A stretch of DNA of 64,000 bases from Patescibacteria group bacterium (GTDB lineage: Bacteria > Patescibacteriota > Saccharimonadia > CAILAD01 > BJGX01). The notes below the pieces were generated by a model. The model was not told the origin of the DNA and searched no databases. It saw only the letters and a program-made list of their open reading frames with translations. Shown here one piece after another: positions 1 to 9,303 of this stretch. The stretch spans positions 1,548 to 65,547 of the forward strand of contig JAPLVO010000009.1 in assembly GCA_026397045.1 (NCBI GenBank), read 5' to 3'. Position 1 is the first letter of the stretch. Each line of letters opens with the position of its first letter. The translations under genes were made by a program, and so were the position numbers.

Positions 1-1
1 T

Positions 2-619
2 ATTGATTCTGTTGGGATGAATTGGCAGTCATACAATGCTGTACTTAAAGCAGATTACAATGTTGTAGTTGAACCTAATGATATCCATAAATATGTAGGC
101 CGCACTCTTAAAGATCAGCTGGCAATGTTAAATGCGGACTATAAAATCAATATTGATGGAGATTCTTTTACAGCAAAAACTAATGAAATAAAAAAAGAAT
201 TGCTTAAATCATTACAACCTATGCCAGGTGTAAAAGTACTCTTAGACGATTTAAGAAAGAATAATGTTCCTATGGCTGTCGGCACAAGTGCACCGCTTGA
301 AGTAACAGAGGATAAACTAAGAACCACTGGACTACTGGAATATTTTGATGTAATAGTAACCTCAGACCATGTAAGCAAGCACAAGCCAGAGCCAGATGTC
401 TATTTGGAGTGCGCCAAGCAGCTAGGTATTGAGCCTAAGTATTGCGTCGTTATCGAAGATGCGCCTGCAGGTATTGAATCTGCCCACGCAGCAAATATGA
501 AGTGTCTGGCAATCATAACGCCTTATGTTGATCTGGAGCAGTTGCGCATTGCAGACCTGACAGTGGAGTCGCTGGAAACAGTAAATTCAGAAAATTTAGC
601 TGCCTTAGTTAGATCTTAG
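2..619 (+). CDS. HAD-family phosphatase (beta-phosphoglucomutase-like), 5' end outside the window
   Basis: Frame is open from position 2 (IDSVGM..., the tail of motif I); KPEPD and IEDAPAGIESA HAD motifs are present. Confidence 0.85.
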   Translation: MDSVGMNWQSYNAVLKADYNVVVEPNDIHKYVGRTLKDQLAMLNADYKINIDGDSFTAKTNEIKKELLKSLQPMPGVKVLLDDLRKNNVPMAVGTSAPLEVTEDKLRTTGLLEYFDVIVTSDHVSKHKPEPDVYLECAKQLGIEPKYCVVIEDAPAGIESAHAANMKCLAIITPYVDLEQLRIADLTVESLETVNSENLAALVRS

Positions 620-756
620 TTACGCTATATGATTTAAGGCAATCTATCCTCTGCCACTAGGCCTTACCAGTATGCGCCTGACAAATACTAATTCATATAT
701 GTCATGCCGCGGCCTGTGCTGATACGCCAAAGATAAATTAATGTATAATAATGCTT

Positions 757-2439
757 ATGAATGAAAAAACCTCCCAGCAGACCGGCCTAATTAGTGAAGA
801 TAGAATACTACAGGCAAAAATAACCTCACCTCTTGTTATAATTGCTAGTCTTCTTATGCTAGTAAGCTACTATTACGGCTTCGCTTACTCGAAAAGTCCC
901 CTGCTGGTAATATCGACTTCAATTGTACTAATTATTTTTGCACTGACAAACTACATTCCCCAATTAAAATTCTCCAAAAACCATCTACCATACCTCATAA
1001 TCTACCATCTTGCACTTGCGTTTGTGATGATTTTTATTATGCCAACAGTTGGATACTTTTTAGTACTGTGGGTACTACTTGGCTATCTTTCCTATTACTA
1101 TTACCAGCTCAAAGGCCTCATTGTCAGCTTGCTATTTCTAGCGATTACCCTTGCTCTTGGAATGTTCATCCAGGGCAATGTTAATTTGCAAAACATAGTT
1201 ATTTATATGCAGTGGCTTGTCCTCATAGGCGGCGTATCTCTAATTCTGAGCCGAATAATACTTGGGACCAAAGAAGTACGCAATGATTTGGCTCAAAAAA
1301 CCACTCGTGCAGAATATGGGCACCAGAGGCTATTGGCACTAATAAATAGCATGACAGAAGCTGTGCTGTCGGTTGATCATAAGGGCGAAATTAACACCTA
1401 TAACTCTGCTGCACTTGAATTACTCGACACCAACTCAGATATCACTGGTAGGAATATTTCTGATATTTTGAAGCTGAGTGACCCAGACCACGCCGATATA
1501 GACATACTTGATGTCGCCAACACCGTAAAATACATTCTTAAAAAATCAGATCTTTATTTAGAGCTTGGCTCGAAAAACAGAATTGCCCTAGAGATAAGCA
1601 TCAGTAGAAGTTCTCAAAATACTCATGGCTCTGATAAAAATGGCTACATTTTTATAATTCGTGACATAACCCGGCAAAAAAAGATTGATGAAGAAAAAGA
1701 TGATTTTATTTCAGTCGTGAGTCACGAGCTAAGAACTCCATTAGCAGTGGCCGAAGCCAACACGGCCATGGCCCAGCTAGCTGCTAAAAAGCCAACTCTT
1801 AAACCACAGCAAATATTAGAATCCCTGGATAAAGCTCATCGCCAAATTATGTTTCTATCAGAAATGGTAAATGATCTATCGACCCTATCTAAGGCCGATA
1901 GAAAAGATGAAGAAATGGCTATTGAGACATTTAGTATTGCAGATGTATTATCTGAACTAGAGCTAGCCTACAAGCCTTTGGCAGAAAAAAAGAAGCTAGG
2001 CTACACTACTAAAGTCGAAGACGGGCTGCCGAATATAACAACCTCAAGACTATATATTAAAGAAATACTCCAAAACCTCATCAGTAACGCCATAAAATAC
2101 ACTGAGACTGGATCAATAAATATTGCAGTCAAAAAAAATACTGATAAAAAAATAAGTATTGCCGTAAAAGACACAGGTCTTGGCATTTCTCTTGCCGACC
2201 AAGAAAATGTATTTGATAAGTTCTGGCGCTCAGAAGATGTCTTGACCCGTAGTACAGGAGGAACTGGTTTAGGGCTCTATATTGCGAGCCGTCTTGCAAA
2301 AAGAATAAATTCCCAGATAGAGCTCACCAGCAAAACAGGTTCTGGCTCAACATTCCAGTTAATTCTTGCTCCAGTGGCCAGCCAGGAAGTTGATACCTCT
2401 ACTGTAGTAACTAACGAAGTAGACAACCTACTGTCGTAA
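757..2439 (+). CDS. Membrane PAS-domain sensor histidine kinase
   Basis: About 6 TM helices, a PAS-like region, H-box SHELRTPL, N-box NLISNAIKY, G boxes DTGLG and GGTGLGL. ATG 757 lies 7 nt after TATAAT (744-749); 751 is the alternative start. Confidence 0.9.
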   Translation: MNEKTSQQTGLISEDRILQAKITSPLVIIASLLMLVSYYYGFAYSKSPLLVISTSIVLIIFALTNYIPQLKFSKNHLPYLIIYHLALAFVMIFIMPTVGYFLVLWVLLGYLSYYYYQLKGLIVSLLFLAITLALGMFIQGNVNLQNIVIYMQWLVLIGGVSLILSRIILGTKEVRNDLAQKTTRAEYGHQRLLALINSMTEAVLSVDHKGEINTYNSAALELLDTNSDITGRNISDILKLSDPDHADIDILDVANTVKYILKKSDLYLELGSKNRIALEISISRSSQNTHGSDKNGYIFIIRDITRQKKIDEEKDDFISVVSHELRTPLAVAEANTAMAQLAAKKPTLKPQQILESLDKAHRQIMFLSEMVNDLSTLSKADRKDEEMAIETFSIADVLSELELAYKPLAEKKKLGYTTKVEDGLPNITTSRLYIKEILQNLISNAIKYTETGSINIAVKKNTDKKISIAVKDTGLGISLADQENVFDKFWRSEDVLTRSTGGTGLGLYIASRLAKRINSQIELTSKTGSGSTFQLILAPVASQEVDTSTVVTNEVDNLLS

Positions 2440-2502
2440 TTACGAAACTTTAATACCATAAATAACAGCCCTACCCTACTATTTAGCTGCTGTAATTACC
2501 TT

Positions 2503-3213
2503 CTAGGTTTTTTTACTAAAGGCCAAAGGGGCCAATATAATAAATAGGCTCGCCACTACCAAGCTAAAGGCTATAAACATCGCTCTAGGAATCGCCACGG
2601 TGGGCTGAGCTAGAAACGGCTGAACTACATAGATACCACCAACCAAAAAAAGTACTGCCGAAATAGATGCCAACCGTACTTTCTGACTATTACTTTTAAC
2701 GCTACCAATTCTACTTAAAAATGCTATGGCTACTAGTATAAAGCTTAGGTACTGTAGTGCGGTGGCTGCCTGGTAGCCAAAGCTAAATTGATAGATAAGG
2801 CTCCAAGACCCAGTAGTAGACTGAGCCAGAGTCACTGGGTAGGCTAGGTTTTCGGTGATAGAAAAGTATGTACCAAGGCCGATAAACAGCAGGTCTATGG
2901 CAATCACGACAAAGCCTAGAGCCTTATTTTTTGGCAAGATCAGCCTTACGACTGCAAGCCACATAAAAAACAAAGCAACGAATTGTAAGATATCTGCCAA
3001 TATAGTCGAGTAAGTCAGCAGCGTAGAATTATCAGAGATTAGGGGTGGGAATCCGTAGGCTATAAAGCAGAGGCTAAAAAAAACTCCTACCATACCAAAG
3101 TACAGATCAAGGGTGCTTTTATTTTTTTTATATAAATATATACCCCTCACCGCAATAAATAACATAAGCGGTAGGCCTAGGTACCAGTGAATGCCGTTGG
3201 TAGGAATATGCAT
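2503..3213 (-). CDS. Polytopic (about 7 TM) membrane protein, possibly a stand-alone sensor domain
   Basis: 236-aa ORF made of successive hydrophobic helices; TGGTATAAT just upstream. Confidence 0.6.
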   Translation of the reverse strand: MHIPTNGIHWYLGLPLMLFIAVRGIYLYKKNKSTLDLYFGMVGVFFSLCFIAYGFPPLISDNSTLLTYSTILADILQFVALFFMWLAVVRLILPKNKALGFVVIAIDLLFIGLGTYFSITENLAYPVTLAQSTTGSWSLIYQFSFGYQAATALQYLSFILVAIAFLSRIGSVKSNSQKVRLASISAVLFLVGGIYVVQPFLAQPTVAIPRAMFIAFSLVVASLFIILAPLAFSKKT

Positions 3214-3275
3214 TTGATATTATTATACCAATATTTTTGTGTATTCACTATTACCGCTTGTGCTATATTGGTAAT

Positions 3276-4118
3276 ATGAACAAAAATAAGCAAGCTAAAT
3301 CATCAATTAATCAAAAAGATAAATACAGTACTCTTAGGTGGTTGATACTCGGCTTAGTTTTAGTCGCTGAATTTATAACCATCAAGAATGGCCTAATAGC
3401 ATTGGTAGTCTATATTTTGCCCACTATTTTTATTTTTATGCACGGTAGTAGATTTCTAGGTCGAAAAAATATTATTATATTCTTTGTAACGATATTTATA
3501 ATTAGTTACATAACTGAATATCTTGGCGTAAGTACCGGTAAGATATTCGGTGACTACTACTATAATTTACTTAACAATGGCCCTTTGGTGGGTGGAGTTC
3601 CGCCTCTTTTAATGCTTACATATTTTGCTATTACCTACTCTACCTATTGGGTGATTCGTATATTGCTCGGTGACTTTGGGGTGATTAAGGGCGTTAGAAT
3701 TATATGGCTCAGTCTGCTTGGTGGCCTAATAGCCACACTGACAGACCTTGCGGCAGACCCAGTTAATTCAACTGTAAACCAAGTATATATATGGACAAGA
3801 GGCGGCATATTTTTTGGCGTCCCCTACCTTAATTTTCTAGGCTGGCTGGCAGAAATAAGTATATTTTTTGTAATAATATCTTGTATCTTTGCCTACCTAA
3901 CTAAATCTCCAAAGCTAAAACGCAGCCCCAGCAAGAACTTTCAGCTTCAAGCAGTTACGCTGTTTGCTTTGCCTGCCATACCAATTATACTAAGACCCCT
4001 ATGGGGCGAACAACCTGCCGATATTCGAGCTGCCATGTCGCTAATAGCACTCTTTGGGCTAGGTAGTATCATACTTGTTACAACAGCAAAAATTTACTGG
4101 GGTACAAAAAAAGCCTAA
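3276..4118 (+). CDS. CruF/DUF422-like carotenoid biosynthesis membrane protein
   Basis: Motifs E-x-x-GV-x-TG-x-x-FG-x-Y-x-Y, GGVP, DLAADP and GVPYLNFLGW match the CruF family. Confidence 0.75.
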   Translation: MNKNKQAKSSINQKDKYSTLRWLILGLVLVAEFITIKNGLIALVVYILPTIFIFMHGSRFLGRKNIIIFFVTIFIISYITEYLGVSTGKIFGDYYYNLLNNGPLVGGVPPLLMLTYFAITYSTYWVIRILLGDFGVIKGVRIIWLSLLGGLIATLTDLAADPVNSTVNQVYIWTRGGIFFGVPYLNFLGWLAEISIFFVIISCIFAYLTKSPKLKRSPSKNFQLQAVTLFALPAIPIILRPLWGEQPADIRAAMSLIALFGLGSIILVTTAKIYWGTKKA

Positions 4119-4124
4119 TGAGGC

Positions 4125-4325
4125 TTATTTGTCGGGGATAATAACTGAAGCAATAATAAAGTAGATTATAAATCCGGGGATAATACCCGACATCACGATA
4201 ACAATAAGTACGATTATCCTAAGTAAAGACTTGTCTAGGCTGAAATACTCGGCTATACCGCCTACTAAACCGAGTAGTTTTTTATCTTTTGATAATTTTA
4301 GATGTTTGTTTTGGGGTTTTTTCAT
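4125..4325 (-). CDS. pspC: PspC-domain protein
   Basis: LKLSKDKKLLGLVGGIAEYF...LLRII...YFIIASVIIP; the start is reassigned to ATG 4325 because the longer ORF overlaps a tRNA. Confidence 0.8.
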   Translation of the reverse strand: MKKPQNKHLKLSKDKKLLGLVGGIAEYFSLDKSLLRIIVLIVIVMSGIIPGFIIYFIIASVIIPDK

Positions 4326-4331
4326 AATTAC

Positions 4332-4407
4332 TGGAGCCGACGGTGGGACTCGAACCCGCAACCTGCTGTTTACAAAACAGCTGCTCTGCCAATTGAGCTA
4401 CGTCGGC
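4332..4407 (-). tRNA. tRNA-Thr(TGT)
   Basis: Cloverleaf GCCGACG...; anticodon arm GCTGT-TTTGTAA-ACAGC; TTCGAGT T-loop; encoded CCA. Confidence 0.95.
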
Positions 4408-4408
4408 A

Positions 4409-4494
4409 TGGTGCCGGGTGAGGGATTCGAACCCCCGAAGGCATAAGCCAGCTGATTTACAGTCAGCCCCCGTTGACCGCTTGGGTAACCCGGC
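4409..4494 (-). tRNA. tRNA-Tyr(GTA)
   Basis: Anticodon arm GCTGA-CTGTAAA-TCAGC; long variable arm; encoded CCA. Confidence 0.95.
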
Positions 4495-4503
4495 ATATTT
4501 ATA

Positions 4504-4578
<75 letters not shown>

Positions 4579-4626
4579 TTATTTTTACTCTTTTACAGAT
4601 ATAAAAACAGATTATAGTCTAACAGC

Positions 4627-5316
4627 TTACTGGAGTTTCTTCAAGGCTGGGTTAGTACTTATTGCTTGTTTTGCCCTAATGTTATTTGGCTCCAGGCTTA
4701 ATATGCCCTTAAACATCTGGTCGGCGAGCTTAGGCTTATTTTCATGAATATAACCCTCGGCGAGTAATAGCATGATAGGTATACTATCGGCCTCTATCTC
4801 TAATGCCCGCTCTAGTGTTTTAATCTGCTTATCATATACCCCTAGCACCCTATAGGTCCTAGCCAGTGCTACTAGCCTGGCCGGGGTCTCTTCCATGGAT
4901 ATCGATTTTTCTAGAGCTCGCGCTGAACGCTTGAAGCGTCTGCTCTTGAAAAGCATCATCGAGAGATTATAGTAGCTAGCTGAGTTAGGATAATTATCGG
5001 CAACTATTTGGAAGCACTCGATAGCATCTTCGACCTGGCCAAAGTGCGAATATATAAAGCCTAGTCGGCTGTAAGCTAGACTGTTTTTATGATCTACCTT
5101 TAAAACCTTCAGATAGGCCTTCTCAGCTGCTAAAAAGTTTTTTTCTGCATAGAACCTACCGGCTATCTCTAGCAAGCTCTCGAGCCTCGTATCGTGGCTA
5201 ACTGGGAGTATAGCAAGACTATCCACCGCAGAATCTATTAGGCGAATACGGTACTTACTTAATAGCAAGAAAGTGAGTATAAATAGTAATATGAAAATTA
5301 ATACTTCAAAAATCAT
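4627..5316 (-). CDS. Membrane-anchored tetratricopeptide repeat protein
   Basis: N-terminal TM helix followed by TPR patterns (AYSRLGFIY, YYNLS, EPNN). Confidence 0.8.
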   Translation of the reverse strand: MIFEVLIFILLFILTFLLLSKYRIRLIDSAVDSLAILPVSHDTRLESLLEIAGRFYAEKNFLAAEKAYLKVLKVDHKNSLAYSRLGFIYSHFGQVEDAIECFQIVADNYPNSASYYNLSMMLFKSRRFKRSARALEKSISMEETPARLVALARTYRVLGVYDKQIKTLERALEIEADSIPIMLLLAEGYIHENKPKLADQMFKGILSLEPNNIRAKQAISTNPALKKLQ

Positions 5317-6137
5317 TCAAACTCCATTGCCAAAGATTCTATAATAAACTTTGGGTTGCCATTATTGTACAGATGAGACTGTGCAAAAATCAAGCTATTA
5401 GATTGTTTTAGCCAAGCTGGGGATGGGCTGGATCTGTATAATTTGAGCGCAATAGCAGAAACCAGCGACCGCAAATCGGCCTTACCTTCTAGGCTAGCCG
5501 CTATAATTAGCCGGCCAACGGTATCAGTACTAATAAATTTATCGGCAATCTCGCTAATACTAGCTATAGACTTGTAGCCATCTTGACTAGCCGCTATTAG
5601 CTTGGCCGGGAACGGGCCAATAGCTTCAGCGGCCCAGATTGGTACCTCTAATGAGCTAAGAAGTGGTTCTATCTCTTTTGCGATCGGTGGGTAAAAAGAT
5701 ATTTTCTGTAGCCTAGAGAGAATTGTGCTAGGCAGGGCATCGGCCGAATCAGAGACAAAAATTATCAGGGTGGCAGCGGGTGGCTCTTCTACTAATAGAA
5801 GTAGCGAATTAGCAGCTTCTGGAGATAATAGCTCGGCATGATCTATGATCAATACTCGGTAATTAACATGCTCAGGCTTTGATTTATTTATAAAGTCACT
5901 AGCTGGCCTTACTTGATCGATAGATATTTTCTTATCATCAATCGGGGAGATCGTCATTATCCAACGAGCTAAGTCGCCTTGCGAGACATCTGGCCCTATT
6001 TTTTTTACAGCAAAATACTTTGCTGAAGATGTCTTGCCAAGGCCAGCAGGGCCGAGAAATAGGTAGCCATGCTTGGTGTCTAGCTCAGCCATGTCTAACT
6101 GTCTTGCTGTAGACTTGTTGAGTACCATGGCTGGCAT
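5313..6137 (-). CDS. holB: DNA polymerase III delta' subunit-like clamp loader protein
   Basis: HGYLFLGPAGLGKT, ISIDQVR, AANSLL..VEEPP and TILSR motifs. Confidence 0.8.
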   Translation of the reverse strand: MPAMVLNKSTARQLDMAELDTKHGYLFLGPAGLGKTSSAKYFAVKKIGPDVSQGDLARWIMTISPIDDKKISIDQVRPASDFINKSKPEHVNYRVLIIDHAELLSPEAANSLLLLVEEPPAATLIIFVSDSADALPSTILSRLQKISFYPPIAKEIEPLLSSLEVPIWAAEAIGPFPAKLIAASQDGYKSIASISEIADKFISTDTVGRLIIAASLEGKADLRSLVSAIALKLYRSSPSPAWLKQSNSLIFAQSHLYNNGNPKFIIESLAMEFE

Positions 6138-6829
6138 TACAGGCCCTCGAGAAAGTTACTGAGATCACTGGGCATATCTGCAATAAAAGATGTCTTGGTG
6201 TCTTGGCCTGGGATAATTAGGCTGAGTTTCTGAGCATGCAAAAATTGCCTGGTTAGGCCAGCGGGCATGGACTTGCCTCCATAGAGCTTATCCCCTACCA
6301 CAGAATGTCCCAAATGTGCTAGTTGGACTCTAATTTGATGGGTTCTGCCGGTGTGAATATCAAACTCCACATAGCTATACAGTGGGTACTCGCTAACTAC
6401 TCGGTATTCAGAAATTGACATCTTACCTGTCGGATGTACGGCCATTATATTTGGCGATTTAGTAGATCTGCGGATTGGTAATTCTATTCTTGCACGAGGA
6501 TGCTTGAGATGCCCCCATACTAAGCACATATACTGCTTGTCTACTTTTCGATTAGCAAATTGAGATTGTAAAAATTCTAGCGTATCAGCATCCTTGGCCA
6601 TAATTACTACGCCGGAGGTATCCTTATCTAACCTATGAACTATACCTCCCCTGAGTTCATCATTGTTAGCCAGCTTAGCCGAAAATATCTTCTGAACAGA
6701 ATTGCTCTGATCTAAAGCGTTCTTGGGGTGCATAGTTAAGCCAGCCGGTTTATTGATGACTATAACTTTGTCATCTTCGTATATAATCTCTATATCCCCT
6801 ATACGGGGAGAGTTGTTTTTATTCTGCAT
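6137..6829 (-). CDS. RluA-family pseudouridine synthase (no S4 domain)
   Basis: INKPAG, HRLDKDTSG, TGRTHQIR and LHA motifs. Confidence 0.92.
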   Translation of the reverse strand: MQNKNNSPRIGDIEIIYEDDKVIVINKPAGLTMHPKNALDQSNSVQKIFSAKLANNDELRGGIVHRLDKDTSGVVIMAKDADTLEFLQSQFANRKVDKQYMCLVWGHLKHPRARIELPIRRSTKSPNIMAVHPTGKMSISEYRVVSEYPLYSYVEFDIHTGRTHQIRVQLAHLGHSVVGDKLYGGKSMPAGLTRQFLHAQKLSLIIPGQDTKTSFIADMPSDLSNFLEGL

Positions 6830-6836
6830 GTAGCTA

Positions 6837-7814
6837 TTATACGATCTTTTTCAGAGAATGTAGCTGATTTTGGGTTCCCATTACGACCAATTTATCACCT
6901 GGGTAGAGAACCTCTCTTCCAGTAGGGTGAACTTGGCTAGAACCATTGGCACCGTTGAGCGCTAGTACACTAATCCCCTCGGCGTGCTTTATGATATTTT
7001 CAAGCCGGTGCCCATTTGCTCCCGAGCTAGGCGGGATTGTTATCTCCTGGACCTGTAGGTCAGCGCTTTTATTGGTAGAGAGGATGTCTAGGATATCTAC
7101 CACATGAGGCCTCATTAGCATTGTAGCCATGTGGAAACCGCCAATTTGGTTGGGCATTGCGACTCTATCTGCGCCAGCTCTGACTATTCTGGCGACATTT
7201 TCCCCACGATTAGCCCTAGCCACTATATATAAGCCGGGGTTGATCTGCCGAGCTGTTAATGAAACAAATAGGTTGCTGGAGTCATCGCCAAGCGAGGCCA
7301 CTACCCCAATAGCCCGATCTATCTTGGCCTTATACAGATCCTTTTCTTTAGTGGGGTCGCCAACGAAGGCAGTATAGCCAAGGGCTATGGCCTCTTTAAC
7401 TCGATCTTCATTTTTATCAATTGCTACAAAAGTTTGCTTTTCATTGGCCAGCTCTCTAGCTACCTGGCTACCCACTCTTCCTAGCCCACATACAATATAG
7501 TGATCTTTAATATTCATTAGTTTTGCCTTTACTTTACGGCGCTTTAATCCATCGCCTAGTCCTATAATATACTCGCCAAATAGCTTAAGCAAATATGCTA
7601 GTAACACCAAGCTGGCAAGAACCAATAATAAAACCGTTATTCTGGATGGCCATGAGTACATATCGAAGTTGTCATGATGAGTTAGGCTTACATATACTGA
7701 TCTGTAAATAGCCTCTTGAAGGGTTATACGCTCGAAATATGACAGGCCCAAAGAGGCTAGAATTATAAATAATAAAACTACTAGCACTAATACTACTATT
7801 TGTTTGCGCCTCAT
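6837..7814 (-). CDS. 2-TM channel-like protein with RCK (TrkA_N/TrkA_C) domains
   Basis: TM-pore-TM followed by HYIVCGLGRVG Rossmann motif and a C-terminal TrkA_C; the filter is non-canonical. Confidence 0.85.
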   Translation of the reverse strand: MRRKQIVVLVLVVLLFIILASLGLSYFERITLQEAIYRSVYVSLTHHDNFDMYSWPSRITVLLLVLASLVLLAYLLKLFGEYIIGLGDGLKRRKVKAKLMNIKDHYIVCGLGRVGSQVARELANEKQTFVAIDKNEDRVKEAIALGYTAFVGDPTKEKDLYKAKIDRAIGVVASLGDDSSNLFVSLTARQINPGLYIVARANRGENVARIVRAGADRVAMPNQIGGFHMATMLMRPHVVDILDILSTNKSADLQVQEITIPPSSGANGHRLENIIKHAEGISVLALNGANGSSQVHPTGREVLYPGDKLVVMGTQNQLHSLKKIV

Positions 7815-7880
7815 ATTACCATTATAAGACTTATGCTTTAATAAGTCATCGGCTTATTGAAGTAATTATTGCCTAAAGAA

Positions 7881-7909
7881 AAACACCCGCTATTCTTTGG
7901 CGGGTGTTT
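7881..7909 (-). terminator. Intrinsic terminator after rpsI
   Basis: 10-bp inverted repeat aaacacccgc/gcgggtgttt followed by a U-run on the minus strand. Confidence 0.8.
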
Positions 7910-7915
7910 ACGGTA

Positions 7916-8332
7916 CTACCTCTTACTAAATTGAGGTGCTTTACGAGCTTTACGCAGACCAGGCTTCTTTCGTTCCTTCTTGCGTGGATCTCTCGTCAGA
8001 AAACCACTTTTCTTGAGGCTAGTTCTGAAATCCTCACTAATCTCGATAAGTGCGCGAGCAACCCCGAGTCGTATAGCATCGGATTGGCCTCTTAAGCCCC
8101 CTCCGACGACCTTAACCTCAATATCGTGGTCCTTATCTTTCGATACCAGCACAAGCGGTGCGATTATGTTATGGATGAAGGTCTCGTTGTCGGAAAAATA
8201 CTGCTGTGCTGTTTTACCATTAATAGTAACTAAGCCCTTGCCCTTAAATACCTTAACAACTGCTACGGCCTGCTTTCGCCTACCAATAGCTCGGTAATAA
8301 TGCTTTTTAGTTGTACTAGTTTGTTCTGCCAT
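7916..8332 (-). CDS. rpsI: 30S ribosomal protein S9
   Basis: GRRK, GGG.GQ and KAPQFSKR motifs. Confidence 0.97.
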   Translation of the reverse strand: MAEQTSTTKKHYYRAIGRRKQAVAVVKVFKGKGLVTINGKTAQQYFSDNETFIHNIIAPLVLVSKDKDHDIEVKVVGGGLRGQSDAIRLGVARALIEISEDFRTSLKKSGFLTRDPRKKERKKPGLRKARKAPQFSKR

Positions 8333-8333
8333 G

Positions 8334-8768
8334 TTAGGCCTCCAACTTAATTAATTCGGGTTTCTGTGCTTCGTGATTATGGTCGCCAGACTTATACACC
8401 TTAAGATTTTTTAGCATCTGGGTACGAAGCTTGTTTTTAGGGAGCATTCCGGCTACTGAGTGCTCTATCACTCTGCTTGGGTGCTTTTCTAGCATTTCTT
8501 TAAGGCTAGTTTCGGTTAGCCCACCAGGAAAGCCGCTATGGCGATAGTAGAACTTGTCTGTGAGCTTATTCCCCGTGACCTTGATCTTGGCGCAATTAGT
8601 AATAATAACTATATCGCCTGTGATGATATTCGGGCTGTAGCTTGGCTTCAATTTGCCCATAAGCATTTCTGCCACCTTAGTGCTCAAACGACCCAGAGTA
8701 AGCCCTGTGGCATCGATTTGGTACCACTTTTGGTCTACATCGGCTGGTTTGGCTGAAAATGTTTTCAT
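8334..8768 (-). CDS. rplM: 50S ribosomal protein L13
   Basis: LGRL, YYRHSGFPGG and GMLPKN motifs. Confidence 0.97.
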   Translation of the reverse strand: MKTFSAKPADVDQKWYQIDATGLTLGRLSTKVAEMLMGKLKPSYSPNIITGDIVIITNCAKIKVTGNKLTDKFYYRHSGFPGGLTETSLKEMLEKHPSRVIEHSVAGMLPKNKLRTQMLKNLKVYKSGDHNHEAQKPELIKLEA

Positions 8769-9283
8769 TTGCTAGCTCCTTTTACTGCTGCTGGCTTAGC
8801 GCTAGGCTTAGCGCTAGGCTTAGGCTTAGGCTTAGGCTTAGGCTTAGTGTTACTCTTGGTTGTGACTGAACTGCTAGGTTTTTTCGGCTTTTCTAATACC
8901 TCTACTAATTTAGGGCTATAATCTTCATCTAGGATAAGCTCTATTACGGCCATGCTGGCGCCATCGCCTAGGCGCCTTCCTACCTTTACAACTCTAGTAT
9001 AGCCACTGTTTCTACCCTGGAACCCTTTAACTAAGTCAGTGTTGAGCTTCTCGCCTGCAACTGGGTTTATAGTGGTTCTAAGGATCTGGCGATAGTTGTG
9101 CAAGTCTTGCTTTTTGGCTTTTGTAACCAACTTATCAAAAAGTCTGGCTAGCTCTTTAGCTTTAATTTCGGTGGTCTCTAGCTTTTCGTATAATATTAGA
9201 GAGTCGATTAAGCCGCGCATTAACGCTCGCCGTGGGGCGGCTGCTCTTGAGTGCTTCTTTCCGATGTAACTATGTCGATGCAT
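8765..9283 (-). CDS. rplQ: 50S ribosomal protein L17 with Lys/Pro-rich tail
   Basis: MHRH, ETT..KAK and GYTRV...RR.GD motifs; follows rpoA. Confidence 0.95.
   Translation of the reverse strand: MHRHSYIGKKHSRAAAPRRALMRGLIDSLILYEKLETTEIKAKELARLFDKLVTKAKKQDLHNYRQILRTTINPVAGEKLNTDLVKGFQGRNSGYTRVVKVGRRLGDGASMAVIELILDEDYSPKLVEVLEKPKKPSSSVTTKSNTKPKPKPKPKPSAKPSAKPAAVKGASK
8793..8847. repeat. Coding microsatellite (TAGGCT x5 plus 12-mer variants) in the rplQ tail
   Basis: TAGGCT tandem at 8815-8844; the region encodes KPKPKPKPKPSAKPSAKP. Confidence 0.85.
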
Positions 9284-9303
9284 TATATTCCTTTAATTGC
9301 CCT

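Noticed and set aside
8815-8847. TTAGGC tandem resembling a telomeric repeat
   Set aside because: It is in frame within rplQ and encodes Lys-Pro; the resemblance is coincidental.
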